IMG/VR virus record: IMGVR_UViG_3300002026_000256
Location: 1 to 64,000 of that record
Strand: one strand, 5' to 3'
DNA: 64,000 bases
Source: a virus
Lineage: Duplodnaviria > Caudoviricetes
Made by a program: the position numbers and the translations under genes. Shown here piece by piece: positions 19,815 through 29,185 of this stretch. Within the stretch, counting starts at the first letter, position 1; each line of letters starts with the position of its first letter. The notes under the pieces were generated by a model that saw only the letters and a program-made list of their open reading frames with translations, did not search any database and was not told the DNA's origin.

Positions 19815-21311
19815 ATGCTTGACACTAACACTATTGCAGAATCATTATTTGAAAAGATTCGTGCCCAATTTGAAAAAGTAAACGTTGGGGACAAAAAAGC
19901 AAAGGCTACTACTGTGCCATCTGAGGCACGATTCTTTAATTTTGATTTTACTGATTCCAATGGTGAAAATTTTGGTAATGTAACTATTAGTTTAATTGAT
20001 GAGCACAGCTTAAAGATTTATTTTGGTAAAAACGTAAGCGCAAACTTAGACGAACAGCAAAAAACAGAATGGTATGACTTTTTGCGAGATATGCGATTAT
20101 TTGCAAAGAGAAATTTACTCAGCTTTGATACTAGAGATATTAGCAGAAGCAATTTAAACATTAAAGATTTAAAACAATTAGCAGCATCCGAAAAACCAGC
20201 AACTACTCATGACACCAATGTCGCAGAAAGCAAACTATATGGAACAACAAAAACAAGTTACGAACCAATTGCGCATGGGACAAAATTAATAATTCGTCAT
20301 AATGGAGCAGTTGATGAAACGATACACGGGGCACGGAGCCGTAAAATTCAATCAGTGTATGTTGAAGATTCAGAAGGACAACGATTTAAAACGCCATTTA
20401 CCCATTTAGGCGGTGCAAGAGCATTGGGCCAGCATGTTGCTAACGGTGGTCAATTCAATGATGAGTTTGGGACTCATTTAACTGAATTAGTGCAAGAAAT
20501 GGGTAAGATTAAAAAATTTATTCAAGGGTCACGTAATAAGACATTTGAAGATGGGGAAGCAACGGATATGGTTTCTGCTGCTAAAGAAAGATACAGGACT
20601 ATACATCATATTTTACATAGGCTAAAGGGCCCACGTGGGTATAAGATGTATAAAGAGGAATATATGCCTGAGGCAATGGAAGTGAATGCAGTAGATTTGC
20701 CATCACTCCGCAAGAAATTTACACAAAGCAAGTTTGACGACAGGTTAGAAGATGCTTTGCCACACGTTTACAAAGCGTACAATGCAATGAAACCAAAATT
20801 AAATAACGAAACAACATCTCAAATAAATGCATTTGAAAGCTGGGCTGACGAAATTTCTGAAGGCACTTGGGCAGTGCCAGAAGAAGATTTGGAAGTTCAA
20901 AAGTTACAAGAATTAATGAGCCAGCCATTGCTTGCAGGTGTTGATGGCAATGATGCTTCAGCTGCTTTGTATGATATTTTAGGTGACGACCGGTTATTTG
21001 ATAGTATATACGATGCGTCAGTTGGTAGTCCGGACATGGATGTTCGCCCAATTGTTTACGACTGGTTAGAGAAAAATATGCCAAGTGTATCAGCAAAAAT
21101 TGATGTATCGTTGCAACAAGGTACGCAAGAGCAACCAGAACCGCAACCAGAACAATCGGCACAACCACCAGACCAAGGGGAAGAGCAAGCACCAGAACCT
21201 AAGGATCAAGCACCACCAGAAGATCCTACCCAAAAGCAACGGCCAACTGAGTCAGTAAACCAAAAAATAGATATGTTGATTGATATACGCAGATTAGCAG
21301 GATTAAAATAA
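19815..21311 (+). CDS. Conserved hypothetical protein (likely virion)
   Basis: 498 aa; TAAATA upstream; ends IRRLAGLK. Confidence 0.75.
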   Translation: MLDTNTIAESLFEKIRAQFEKVNVGDKKAKATTVPSEARFFNFDFTDSNGENFGNVTISLIDEHSLKIYFGKNVSANLDEQQKTEWYDFLRDMRLFAKRNLLSFDTRDISRSNLNIKDLKQLAASEKPATTHDTNVAESKLYGTTKTSYEPIAHGTKLIIRHNGAVDETIHGARSRKIQSVYVEDSEGQRFKTPFTHLGGARALGQHVANGGQFNDEFGTHLTELVQEMGKIKKFIQGSRNKTFEDGEATDMVSAAKERYRTIHHILHRLKGPRGYKMYKEEYMPEAMEVNAVDLPSLRKKFTQSKFDDRLEDALPHVYKAYNAMKPKLNNETTSQINAFESWADEISEGTWAVPEEDLEVQKLQELMSQPLLAGVDGNDASAALYDILGDDRLFDSIYDASVGSPDMDVRPIVYDWLEKNMPSVSAKIDVSLQQGTQEQPEPQPEQSAQPPDQGEEQAPEPKDQAPPEDPTQKQRPTESVNQKIDMLIDIRRLAGLK

Positions 21312-21318
21312 AAATATT

Positions 21319-21702
21319 ATGAAAAATTACAACATTAACCAAACACCATCTGAATTTTTTCGCAAGTATTCAGATATGATTGCTGAAGCAGAGGTAGCTC
21401 CACCGCAGCAACCCACTGGCAATCCTGCTGTTGATAAAATTCTGCAAACTCCAGAAGCTTGGACTATGAAGCAGCAAGGGTACACTGACGCAGATATAGT
21501 AAAAACTATTATGGCTAAGCAAAATGCTAACGCAAAGTTAAATGATACACCTGCGACAACTCCTGGGTTTTATGGCACAAAAGAATACTATGACCGGCAG
21601 CATGAAATGGCAATGCTTAAACAACAGCAAACTACGCAGCCACAAAATGTAACTGCTAGAGTGCCTACGACGCCTGTCTCAGCCGCAGGATTACGCAAAT
21701 AA
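21319..21702 (+). CDS. Hypothetical protein
   Basis: 127 aa; FFRKYSDMIAEAE motif. Confidence 0.6.
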   Translation: MKNYNINQTPSEFFRKYSDMIAEAEVAPPQQPTGNPAVDKILQTPEAWTMKQQGYTDADIVKTIMAKQNANAKLNDTPATTPGFYGTKEYYDRQHEMAMLKQQQTTQPQNVTARVPTTPVSAAGLRK

Positions 21703-21730
21703 TTATAAATAGATAATAAGGAATATTATT

Positions 21731-22063
21731 ATGTCATCATCAGATTTTTTTAGAAATTTTCAACCGTTGTTTGAAGCTAAAGACCCATTGGCAGCATGGA
21801 GTAAGCAAAGCAAGCAAGATGGCAAAAACGCAACCGCGTCGTTAAAGAAAAAAATTGATGATGAATATGGTAGCGATAAGAAAACAGATCCTAAGACAGC
21901 AAAAACTGACGATGGAAAAGAAGTTTACGAGTCAACATCACTTTCTGCATTGATGCGCAAGTATTCAGATTTTATTGCAGAAGCTGAATTAGCACCGCCA
22001 CCAAAAGAAGTAAAGATTCCGAAAGATTTGTCTAAGCAAGGCTACGGAAAACAAAGTAAATAA
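21731..22063 (+). CDS. Hypothetical protein
   Basis: 110 aa; TATAAATA and AAGGA upstream; LMRKYSDFIAEAE motif. Confidence 0.6.
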   Translation: MSSSDFFRNFQPLFEAKDPLAAWSKQSKQDGKNATASLKKKIDDEYGSDKKTDPKTAKTDDGKEVYESTSLSALMRKYSDFIAEAELAPPPKEVKIPKDLSKQGYGKQSK

Positions 22064-22089
22064 CAACCCTCGGGATGGGAAGGGGAAAT

Positions 22090-22113
22090 GAGCACTTCGG
22101 TGCTCTTTCTTTT
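22090..22113 (+). terminator. Intrinsic terminator
   Basis: GAGCAC-TTCG-GTGCTC followed by TTTCTTTT. Confidence 0.8.
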
Positions 22114-22259
22114 GGCTAAATTAAATGATGAAAACAGCGTGAAAACATGGTCGTTTGTGTCGCAAAAGACTAAATACTTTTGTTACAATGAATGTATGAT
22201 GCATACATTGTATCTAGGTAAAATTCTAAGACCATCTTAATTTATAAAGGAAATACATC

Positions 22260-23288
22260 ATGGCTATGACTCTCGCTCAAATCAGAGCAAAACTCCAACA
22301 AACAGAATCTAAAGGCACCGGTAACTCTGGCGCAGCATTTGGCGACGGTGCTACTTACGCACACTGGAACATCAGTGAAGGCGATATTGCACGGTTGCGT
22401 TTTCTTCCAGATGCAGACCCAACTAATAACTACTTTTGGGTAGAAAAGGCAATGATTAAATTGCCGTTTGCCGGTATTAAAGGCCAGGCAGATAGCAAGC
22501 CAGTTATTGTGCAAGTGCCTTGCATTGAAATGTGGCCAGACATGGGTATGTGCCCAATCTTGTCAGAAGTGCGTCCGTGGTTCAAAGACAAGTCTCTTGA
22601 AGATATGGGCCGTAAATATTGGAAAAAGAAATCGTATTTGTTCCAAGGTTTTGTCCGTGAAAATCCGTTGAAAGACGACAAGACACCTGCAAACCCAATC
22701 CGTCGTTTCATGATTAGCCCGCAAATTTTTGCGTTGGTTAAGGCTGCATTGATGGATCCAGAATTGGAAAACATGCCAACAGACTATGAAAATGGTCTTG
22801 ACTTTAGCGTTGTTAAAACCAGCAAAGGTGGATATGCAGATTACAGCACTAGCAAATGGGCTCGTAAAGAGTCGTCGTTAACAGTTGACGAAGTTGACGC
22901 AATTGAAAAGAACGGGTTATTTAACTTGTCTGAATTTTTGCCAAAGCGTCCAACTAAGGAAGAATTGGTAATTATGCAAGAGATGTTTGAAGCATCTGTT
23001 GACGGCCAATCGTATGATCCAGAAAAATGGGCAAAGTATTTCAAGCCAGCTGGATTCCAGTCAACTGAAGACAAAAGTGCTGCAACTGAAGATGCAGCGC
23101 CTGCCCCAGTTGCCAAAGTGACTCCTAAGCCAGTTGCTGCTGCCCCAGTTGAGGATAAGAACGCAGACTTTGACGCAGATGACGATGTTCCAGCAGCCGC
23201 GGAACCAATCAAGGCTCCAGCAGCCGCAGGATCACGTGCTGAGGACATTCTTGCAATGATCCGCAATCGCCAAAAGACATCAGCTTAA
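22260..23288 (+). CDS. gp32: Single-stranded DNA-binding protein (gp32-like)
   Basis: LRFLPD, CIEMW..CPIL..W..YWKKKSY, KTSKGGYADYSTSKW, acidic tail with EDILAMIR. Confidence 0.92.
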   Translation: MAMTLAQIRAKLQQTESKGTGNSGAAFGDGATYAHWNISEGDIARLRFLPDADPTNNYFWVEKAMIKLPFAGIKGQADSKPVIVQVPCIEMWPDMGMCPILSEVRPWFKDKSLEDMGRKYWKKKSYLFQGFVRENPLKDDKTPANPIRRFMISPQIFALVKAALMDPELENMPTDYENGLDFSVVKTSKGGYADYSTSKWARKESSLTVDEVDAIEKNGLFNLSEFLPKRPTKEELVIMQEMFEASVDGQSYDPEKWAKYFKPAGFQSTEDKSAATEDAAPAPVAKVTPKPVAAAPVEDKNADFDADDDVPAAAEPIKAPAAAGSRAEDILAMIRNRQKTSA

Positions 23289-23296
23289 TTAACAAA

Positions 23297-23322
23297 AATG
23301 CTAGGTAGAAATACCTAGCATT
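23297..23322 (+). terminator. Hairpin terminator
   Basis: AATGCTAGGTA-GAAA-TACCTAGCATT. Confidence 0.6.
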
Positions 23323-23342
23323 AACATAAGATAAGGATAGGT

Positions 23343-23549
23343 ATGGCTAAAATTAGTAAAATCAATGAGAATTTCACTCTTATTTTTAATAGTCGTGAAG
23401 ATTCTACAAACGATTCAGTAATGGATATTGAAGTTAAATTTGATAATCCTAGAGATGATTCAGTTATAATTCATCGTCTTAACACATGGTTGGTCGCAAT
23501 TGGCAAAAGTAGCATTGTTGTATCACCTGTATCACTACCAAAAGGATAA
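23343..23549 (+). CDS. Hypothetical protein
   Basis: 68 aa; RBS AAGGATAGG. Confidence 0.6.
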   Translation: MAKISKINENFTLIFNSREDSTNDSVMDIEVKFDNPRDDSVIIHRLNTWLVAIGKSSIVVSPVSLPKG

Positions 23550-23551
23550 CT

Positions 23552-24625
23552 ATGGCAAAAGCATTTGACATTTCAAAATTTCGTAAAACAATTTCAAAGT
23601 CAATTGAGGGGTTGGGCATTGGGTTTAACGATCCTACGGACTGGGTTAGCACTGGCAATTATGCACTTAACTATTTGATTAGTAGTGACTTTAAAAAAGG
23701 AATTCCCCTTGGCAAGGTAACAGTGTTTGCAGGTGAATCTGGTGCAGGTAAATCATATATTTGCTCTGGCAACATTGCAAAATATGCTCAAGACCAAGGT
23801 ATGTTCCCGATTCTAATTGATACTGAAAACGCCCTTGATGAAAAATGGCTACACGACTTGGGAGTAAATACTAGCCCCGACAAGTTACTTAAACTTAGTA
23901 TCTGCATGATTGATGATGTAGCAAAAACTATTTCTGAATTTATGAAAGAATACAAGGCAATGCCTGATGGTGAGCGGCCTAAGGTTTTGTTCATTGTTGA
24001 TAGCTTAGGTATGCTACTTACTCCAACTGATGTTGATCAGTTTGAAGCTGGCAATATGAAGGGAGATATGGGTCGTAAACCAAAAGCACTTACATCGTTA
24101 GTTCGCAATTGTGTAAACATGTTTGGTAGTTATAATGTTGGTATGGTATGTACTAACCACACTTACGCTAGCCAAGATATGTTTGATCCAGATGACAAGA
24201 TTTCTGGTGGCCAAGGTTTCATCTACGCAAGTTCTATTGTAGTAGCAATGCGCAAGTTGAAACTGAAAACAGATGCTGATGGCAACAAGACTACAACAGT
24301 TAACGGTATTCGTGCAGCATGCAAGATTATGAAAACACGCTATGCCAAACCGTTTGAGTCTGTGCAAGTTGAAATCCCATACGAAACTGGGATGAGCCCG
24401 TACTCTGGTCTTACTGACTTGTTTGAGGAACGTAAGTTGCTCACTAAAGAAGGTAATAGCTTAGTGTACACAAAAGCTGATGGAACAGTTATTAAACAAT
24501 TCCGTAAGGGTTGGGAGCGTAACGATAACGGATCGTTGGATGCTGTCATGGAAGCAGTTATGACTACTCCAGCATTGATTTCTGCAGATGCTATTGAACC
24601 TGAGCCTGTCACTGAAGCTGTATAA
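23552..24625 (+). CDS. uvsX: RecA-like recombinase UvsX
   Basis: STGNYALN, GESGAGKS Walker A, IDTENA, IVDSLG, NHTY, SGG.G.IYASS. Confidence 0.95.
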   Translation: MAKAFDISKFRKTISKSIEGLGIGFNDPTDWVSTGNYALNYLISSDFKKGIPLGKVTVFAGESGAGKSYICSGNIAKYAQDQGMFPILIDTENALDEKWLHDLGVNTSPDKLLKLSICMIDDVAKTISEFMKEYKAMPDGERPKVLFIVDSLGMLLTPTDVDQFEAGNMKGDMGRKPKALTSLVRNCVNMFGSYNVGMVCTNHTYASQDMFDPDDKISGGQGFIYASSIVVAMRKLKLKTDADGNKTTTVNGIRAACKIMKTRYAKPFESVQVEIPYETGMSPYSGLTDLFEERKLLTKEGNSLVYTKADGTVIKQFRKGWERNDNGSLDAVMEAVMTTPALISADAIEPEPVTEAV

Positions 24626-24652
24626 ATACTGCACTTACAAGGAGTACAACAT

Positions 24653-24874
24653 ATGATAGATGTTGAAGTTTTAGGTGAGGCGTATACAAGTTTAAAACAG
24701 TATATTCCTGCTAAAGATAGGCAAGAAGCAGCAGACAATTTAATGAGTATCTTAGTTGACGCATTAACTGACGAAGAACTAAAGGTGTTCGGGGCATTAG
24801 ATTCAAAATTATCCAAAGCATTGAAAGAGTATGCTATAGATGACGAAGATGATTATAACGACGAAGATGAGTAA
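24653..24874 (+). CDS. Hypothetical protein
   Basis: 73 aa; AAGGAG and TATAAATA upstream. Confidence 0.7.
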   Translation: MIDVEVLGEAYTSLKQYIPAKDRQEAADNLMSILVDALTDEELKVFGALDSKLSKALKEYAIDDEDDYNDEDE

Positions 24875-24879
24875 GTAAT

Positions 24880-25335
24880 ATGACTTGGTACGCAAAAGTA
24901 GTTTCAAATGTTGACTCGCTTCCAGAGTTTATTAGTTATTTTGAATCTGAACTTGTGAATGCTAAGAGAGATGTGATTATATCTGGCAATGTAGAGAAAA
25001 ACATAACTTCATTGCCAGGTATCACTGAACATAGATTTAACCAATTGCAAGAAATTGAAGCAGTACTTCGATATCTTGAAATTCAATTAAAGAAAGTGCG
25101 GCGTAAGCACTTTCAAAAATACATGGAAGCATACCAACGTGTACTTACGTCACGTGATGCTGAAAAATACACAGATGGCGAATCTGAGGTTGTTGACTCA
25201 GAAGCAATTATAAATGAAGTTGCGCTAATACGAAATAAATGGATGGGTGTGTTAAAGGGCATAGAGTCAAAGAATTTTATGCTTGGTCATGTAGTTCGTT
25301 TAAGATCAGCAGGGATGGAAGACGTGTCGTTGTAA
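24880..25335 (+). CDS. uvsY: Recombination mediator UvsY-like
   Basis: Y.R.LTSRDAEKY.DGE..V..KW.G..K.IESKNF.LGH.V.LR.AGMED; downstream of uvsX. Confidence 0.75.
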   Translation: MTWYAKVVSNVDSLPEFISYFESELVNAKRDVIISGNVEKNITSLPGITEHRFNQLQEIEAVLRYLEIQLKKVRRKHFQKYMEAYQRVLTSRDAEKYTDGESEVVDSEAIINEVALIRNKWMGVLKGIESKNFMLGHVVRLRSAGMEDVSL

Positions 25336-25905
25336 TAAATACTACATGCGCGACATACTTAACAAACTATACTTATTAGAGGCCACAATACCTCAATGGA
25401 CCAGTAAAGGTACTATGCCTAAAACAGAATTACCTCATGGTACTGTACTACAGGTAAAAACACCGAAAACAAATGATTTTGAGAATGATGAGTTTCATCA
25501 GTACATAGCACATGCAGATGGAAACTGGTACCAGTTAGACAAATTTGATAAAGCTATTGGTAGCATTGTTAAAGGTGCAAAAGTTCTAACTGAAGATGAT
25601 ATAGTAAACGCAAATAATGCGGGCAATGTTAGTTTAACTCACATGGGTACGGTTGGAAAAGAAATATTATCCCCTCTAGATTTAGAGGCTGCGCCAGTAG
25701 GGGCTAAAGTATCAATTAAAAATGACCATTCTGGTAATGATAGCCACATTCGCACAAAAAACTCTGAAGGTATGTGGCACTCTGATGACCCTAATAGAGG
25801 GGATTTTCATTCTTCAAGATTAAATCATGCCATAAAAAACGGCATGTTAAGCATTTATGGATAGGTCATATCACAGGATGGCAGACGTGTCGTTGTAATA
25901 AATAC
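25313..25905 (+). repeat. 30-bp direct repeats (25313-25342 and 25876-25905) flanking one gene
   Basis: GGATGG(A/C)AGACGTGTCGTTGTAATAAATAC, one mismatch. Confidence 0.9.
25346..25864 (+). CDS. Hypothetical protein, repeat-flanked module
   Basis: 172 aa; starts MRDILNKLYLLEA. Confidence 0.7.
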   Translation: MRDILNKLYLLEATIPQWTSKGTMPKTELPHGTVLQVKTPKTNDFENDEFHQYIAHADGNWYQLDKFDKAIGSIVKGAKVLTEDDIVNANNAGNVSLTHMGTVGKEILSPLDLEAAPVGAKVSIKNDHSGNDSHIRTKNSEGMWHSDDPNRGDFHSSRLNHAIKNGMLSIYG

Positions 25906-25924
25906 ATGTTTACATGGATAAACA

Positions 25925-27547
25925 ATGGATCCGCAATTTATTAGAAATTATCTAACACGACTTGATTTGATTAACGAGCAACTATTAACTGAGGTGTCTC
26001 GTGGGTTACTATACCGTTCGCCAGGTGACAGGTTCATACAAGGCGACCCAAAAAATCCAACTGCGACGATAACCTTTGTTGGAGTTGAATATTTCCCGTC
26101 AAATCCTGGCGAATATGAAGATGAAGAGTCTTTAAATGTTGCATTAGCAAAAGTTAAGATAGAATATCCAGGAATTATGTTTAGTAATTCACAGATGTCA
26201 TCTACTCGTGCATTTGCTATTATAACTCTTAATGGTCCAGGTCCAGGACAACAAACTTATGCATGTCGGTTTTTTAAGAAAATATCTGTCGACATGACAG
26301 CGGCATGGAAAAATAACGATATACCAGGTGGCTGGCAATTAGCAAAGGCAAATGCGTTAAAGTCAAGTTATGGTCTAAAACCAGCCGATCTCTTTCCGGC
26401 GAACGTTACTTTCCCTAATTCATTGGCTGTTGTGTCAGCTTTGGATAAGTTGCCCAAAATAAAAGAGTTAATGCCAGGTATGCAAATGCTGCTAGGTAAT
26501 AAATTGCCAATATTTCCTGGACAAAAAGACATGCTAGGCGCAATACAGGATGATCTGGGTGAAATTATTGCTCCAATTGCGCTATCTCAAGGCTTAATCA
26601 CAGATTCTGGAGCAGAAGCAGCAAAGCGAGATTTGCTGAACGGTGCAGGGTGGGAAGGATGCAAAATTAGTTTCCCAACTGCAAAAAATAATGGGTTAGT
26701 AGATAGTTATGTTTACGTTGGTGATGTTGAAATAGGCATTAGCAGCAAAGGTAAGCATGGAGCAAAAGCAAGTATTAAAAATGTTCAAGATGGCATTAAT
26801 TTAGCAAGAGAAGATTCAACTCCTCAGCATAAAACAGCATTGGCAAAATACGCAAAACAAATTGCAGCGGTAGAGAGAATTGGGTCTGAAACATCAAAGC
26901 AATTCCCAATTACATATGGAATTGAGTTAGGGTTAATTACTTCAGCAGCTGGTGACAAAATAAATGAGTTAATTGCGGCTGGAGCAAAATCTCTAAACCA
27001 AGTTACAATGTCTGCAGCAATACGTGAAGAAATTGAAGAATTGATAGACAGAACTAATGCGTCTACAGCAAGTTTAAATTATTGCGTGGGGTATCATGCG
27101 TTAATGGTTGTAGCACGTGATGTTGCAGCAGTAATAAATGCTGATCCAAAATTTGGTGAGGCGTGTTTGTATTTTGTGAATATTAATCCTATTATTCAAA
27201 TTTACTTAACTGCGGCGGCAGCAGGACCAGATGTTAAGGTAACTAAACTTACGTCGCTGTACCCTCCAAATTTTCAAGGAACAATTCTATTAGATGCTGG
27301 TAAAGGGTACTACTCAAGCGGCGTTGGTGGTAAAATGGCATTTTCTTATGAACCAGATAAGAACGCAGCATCAAACGTAGCAAACCAAGAAATAAAAGCA
27401 GCAAAAATTAACGCTCAAACTACTGCTAAAATTAAAAAAGTATTAGAACCACATTTAAATTTGCGACCACTTGGGTCAGAAGACGTAGGTACACATTCAG
27501 ACAGTCCAAGATTGAAAAAACCATCAGCACCGAGAGCACGTCGATAA
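25925..27547 (+). CDS. Hypothetical protein, possible PD-(D/E)XK-like core
   Basis: 540 aa; LVDSYV..EIGISSKG segment. Confidence 0.65.
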   Translation: MDPQFIRNYLTRLDLINEQLLTEVSRGLLYRSPGDRFIQGDPKNPTATITFVGVEYFPSNPGEYEDEESLNVALAKVKIEYPGIMFSNSQMSSTRAFAIITLNGPGPGQQTYACRFFKKISVDMTAAWKNNDIPGGWQLAKANALKSSYGLKPADLFPANVTFPNSLAVVSALDKLPKIKELMPGMQMLLGNKLPIFPGQKDMLGAIQDDLGEIIAPIALSQGLITDSGAEAAKRDLLNGAGWEGCKISFPTAKNNGLVDSYVYVGDVEIGISSKGKHGAKASIKNVQDGINLAREDSTPQHKTALAKYAKQIAAVERIGSETSKQFPITYGIELGLITSAAGDKINELIAAGAKSLNQVTMSAAIREEIEELIDRTNASTASLNYCVGYHALMVVARDVAAVINADPKFGEACLYFVNINPIIQIYLTAAAAGPDVKVTKLTSLYPPNFQGTILLDAGKGYYSSGVGGKMAFSYEPDKNAASNVANQEIKAAKINAQTTAKIKKVLEPHLNLRPLGSEDVGTHSDSPRLKKPSAPRARR

Positions 27548-28299
27548 TGGCTGATAATTTTGCAAACAAGTTAGATAGCCACGATCACTCTCTCCGAGTA
27601 CTTGAAATTATCGCTGGTTACGATAGTTTTATGGATAGCCTGCAAGTGGTTGCAGACATGGGATGCGGCGAAGGGTTAGATTTAGAATGGTGGGCGACCG
27701 CCGTAAGCCGTGACGACGAGCCAAGGCCATATAATTTTACTTGCTATGCAGTAGATAAAGATCTATCTAGGCTTGAAAAAGATTTACCAAAAAATGTATT
27801 TCAATTCCCAGGTAATTTTGAAGAAAAATTGTTGCCTCGATCAGTTGACCTAATGTGGTGCCATGATTCCTTTCAATACGCAATTAACCCATTGCAAACA
27901 TTGAAGGTATGGAATGAGCAAATGTCAGTAAATGGTATGCTTGTTTTAATTTTACCACAAACATCAAATTATCAATACAATAGGTTTGTAAATCGAGTAC
28001 ACGATGGTTGCTTCTTCAATTACAACGTATGCAACTTATTGTACATGCTTGCTGTAAATGGATTTGATTGCAGAGATTCGTATATGTATAAAGCAGAAAA
28101 TGACCCATGGATTCATTTGGCTGTTTACAAAAGTGATATTGCTCCAATGGACCCAACTACAACACGGTGGTATGACTTGGCTGATCTTGGGTTATTGCAT
28201 GATTCAATTATGGCATCTGTTAACAAATTTGGCCACTTAAGGCAAGAAGATATCATTTTGCCATGGCTAGACAAAGATTTTTACTTTGTGCGAGATTAA
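27547..28299 (+). CDS. Class I SAM-dependent methyltransferase-like protein
   Basis: VADMGCGEG motif I, YAVD, VDLMWCHDSFQY. Confidence 0.8.
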   Translation: MADNFANKLDSHDHSLRVLEIIAGYDSFMDSLQVVADMGCGEGLDLEWWATAVSRDDEPRPYNFTCYAVDKDLSRLEKDLPKNVFQFPGNFEEKLLPRSVDLMWCHDSFQYAINPLQTLKVWNEQMSVNGMLVLILPQTSNYQYNRFVNRVHDGCFFNYNVCNLLYMLAVNGFDCRDSYMYKAENDPWIHLAVYKSDIAPMDPTTTRWYDLADLGLLHDSIMASVNKFGHLRQEDIILPWLDKDFYFVRD

Positions 28300-28308
28300 T
28301 CAAAATAG

Positions 28309-28337
28309 TTTACATCATTGGTGGTTTGCGTTATAAT
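28309..28337 (+). promoter_or_regulatory. sigma70 promoter
   Basis: TTTACA-17-TATAAT upstream of tRNA-Leu. Confidence 0.7.
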
Positions 28338-28358
28338 TACTACATAAACAAAAATACT

Positions 28359-28448
28359 GCCTGAGTGGTGAAATTGGTAGACACACCGGACTTAAAATCC
28401 GTTGCTTCCGAAAGGGGCGTGCCGGTTCGATTCCGGCCTCAGGCACCA
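28359..28448 (+). tRNA. tRNA-Leu(TAA)
   Basis: Cloverleaf, loop CTTAAAA, long variable arm, GGTTCGATTCC, CCA. Confidence 0.95.
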
Positions 28449-28483
28449 AAATACTAAACTCTGTAAGTAAGCATAAATACCGA

Positions 28484-29185
28484 ATGCTACTTACAGAGTT
28501 TTTCACATCAGATTTAGACGAAGGGATTCACGATCCTAATATTTTTAAAGCTGTTTTCATGGCTGGCCCTCCGGGCGCTGGCAAAAATACAGTTATATCG
28601 CATCTTGGCTTAACTAGTTCAGGTCTAAAACTTCAAGACATTGATCAAGTTAAAGCGCATCTTGCAAAAATAAAGCCAAATGCTGATTATACAGATAGCT
28701 TAACTACAACGATTAGACGGCAAAATCAGTATCAAACTAGCATGCTAGGGTTAACAATTAATACAACTGGTAGAGACTCAGAAAACTTAATGCAGTTAAA
28801 CAAACAACTTAAAAACGCTGGATATGATACTTTTTTGTTGTTTGTTGATGTAAATTATGATATTGCGTTAACACGAATCAACGATCGTGAAAGAACTGCA
28901 ACGAACCCAGCAGACAAACGCAAAGTTGATATGGACTATTTTGTTGACGCTTATGACTCAAGCAAGAAAAATATGGATTTTTATGCACTTATGTTTGGTG
29001 CACAATTTTCATTAGTAACAAACAATTGGGCGACTGATGATGGTCAAAGTCAAAAGGAATATGCTCACTCAGTGCGGATGGCATATAAAAAGATCAATCG
29101 ATTTTTGCATAAACCACTAACCCCCATTGCGCAAAGAATAGTTGACAGCTCTGCTAGCGATAGAAATACTACTTATAGAAGTTAA
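28484..29185 (+). CDS. P-loop kinase (Zeta toxin / AAA_33-like)
   Basis: MAGPPGAGKN Walker A, LTINTTG, FVDVNYDIAL.RI..R lid. Confidence 0.75.
   Translation: MLLTEFFTSDLDEGIHDPNIFKAVFMAGPPGAGKNTVISHLGLTSSGLKLQDIDQVKAHLAKIKPNADYTDSLTTTIRRQNQYQTSMLGLTINTTGRDSENLMQLNKQLKNAGYDTFLLFVDVNYDIALTRINDRERTATNPADKRKVDMDYFVDAYDSSKKNMDFYALMFGAQFSLVTNNWATDDGQSQKEYAHSVRMAYKKINRFLHKPLTPIAQRIVDSSASDRNTTYRS

Noticed and set aside
6682-24816. Antisense and nested ORFs inside sheath, tube, terminase, gp32 and uvsX genes
   Set aside because: Shadow frames of well-supported genes on the other strand or frame
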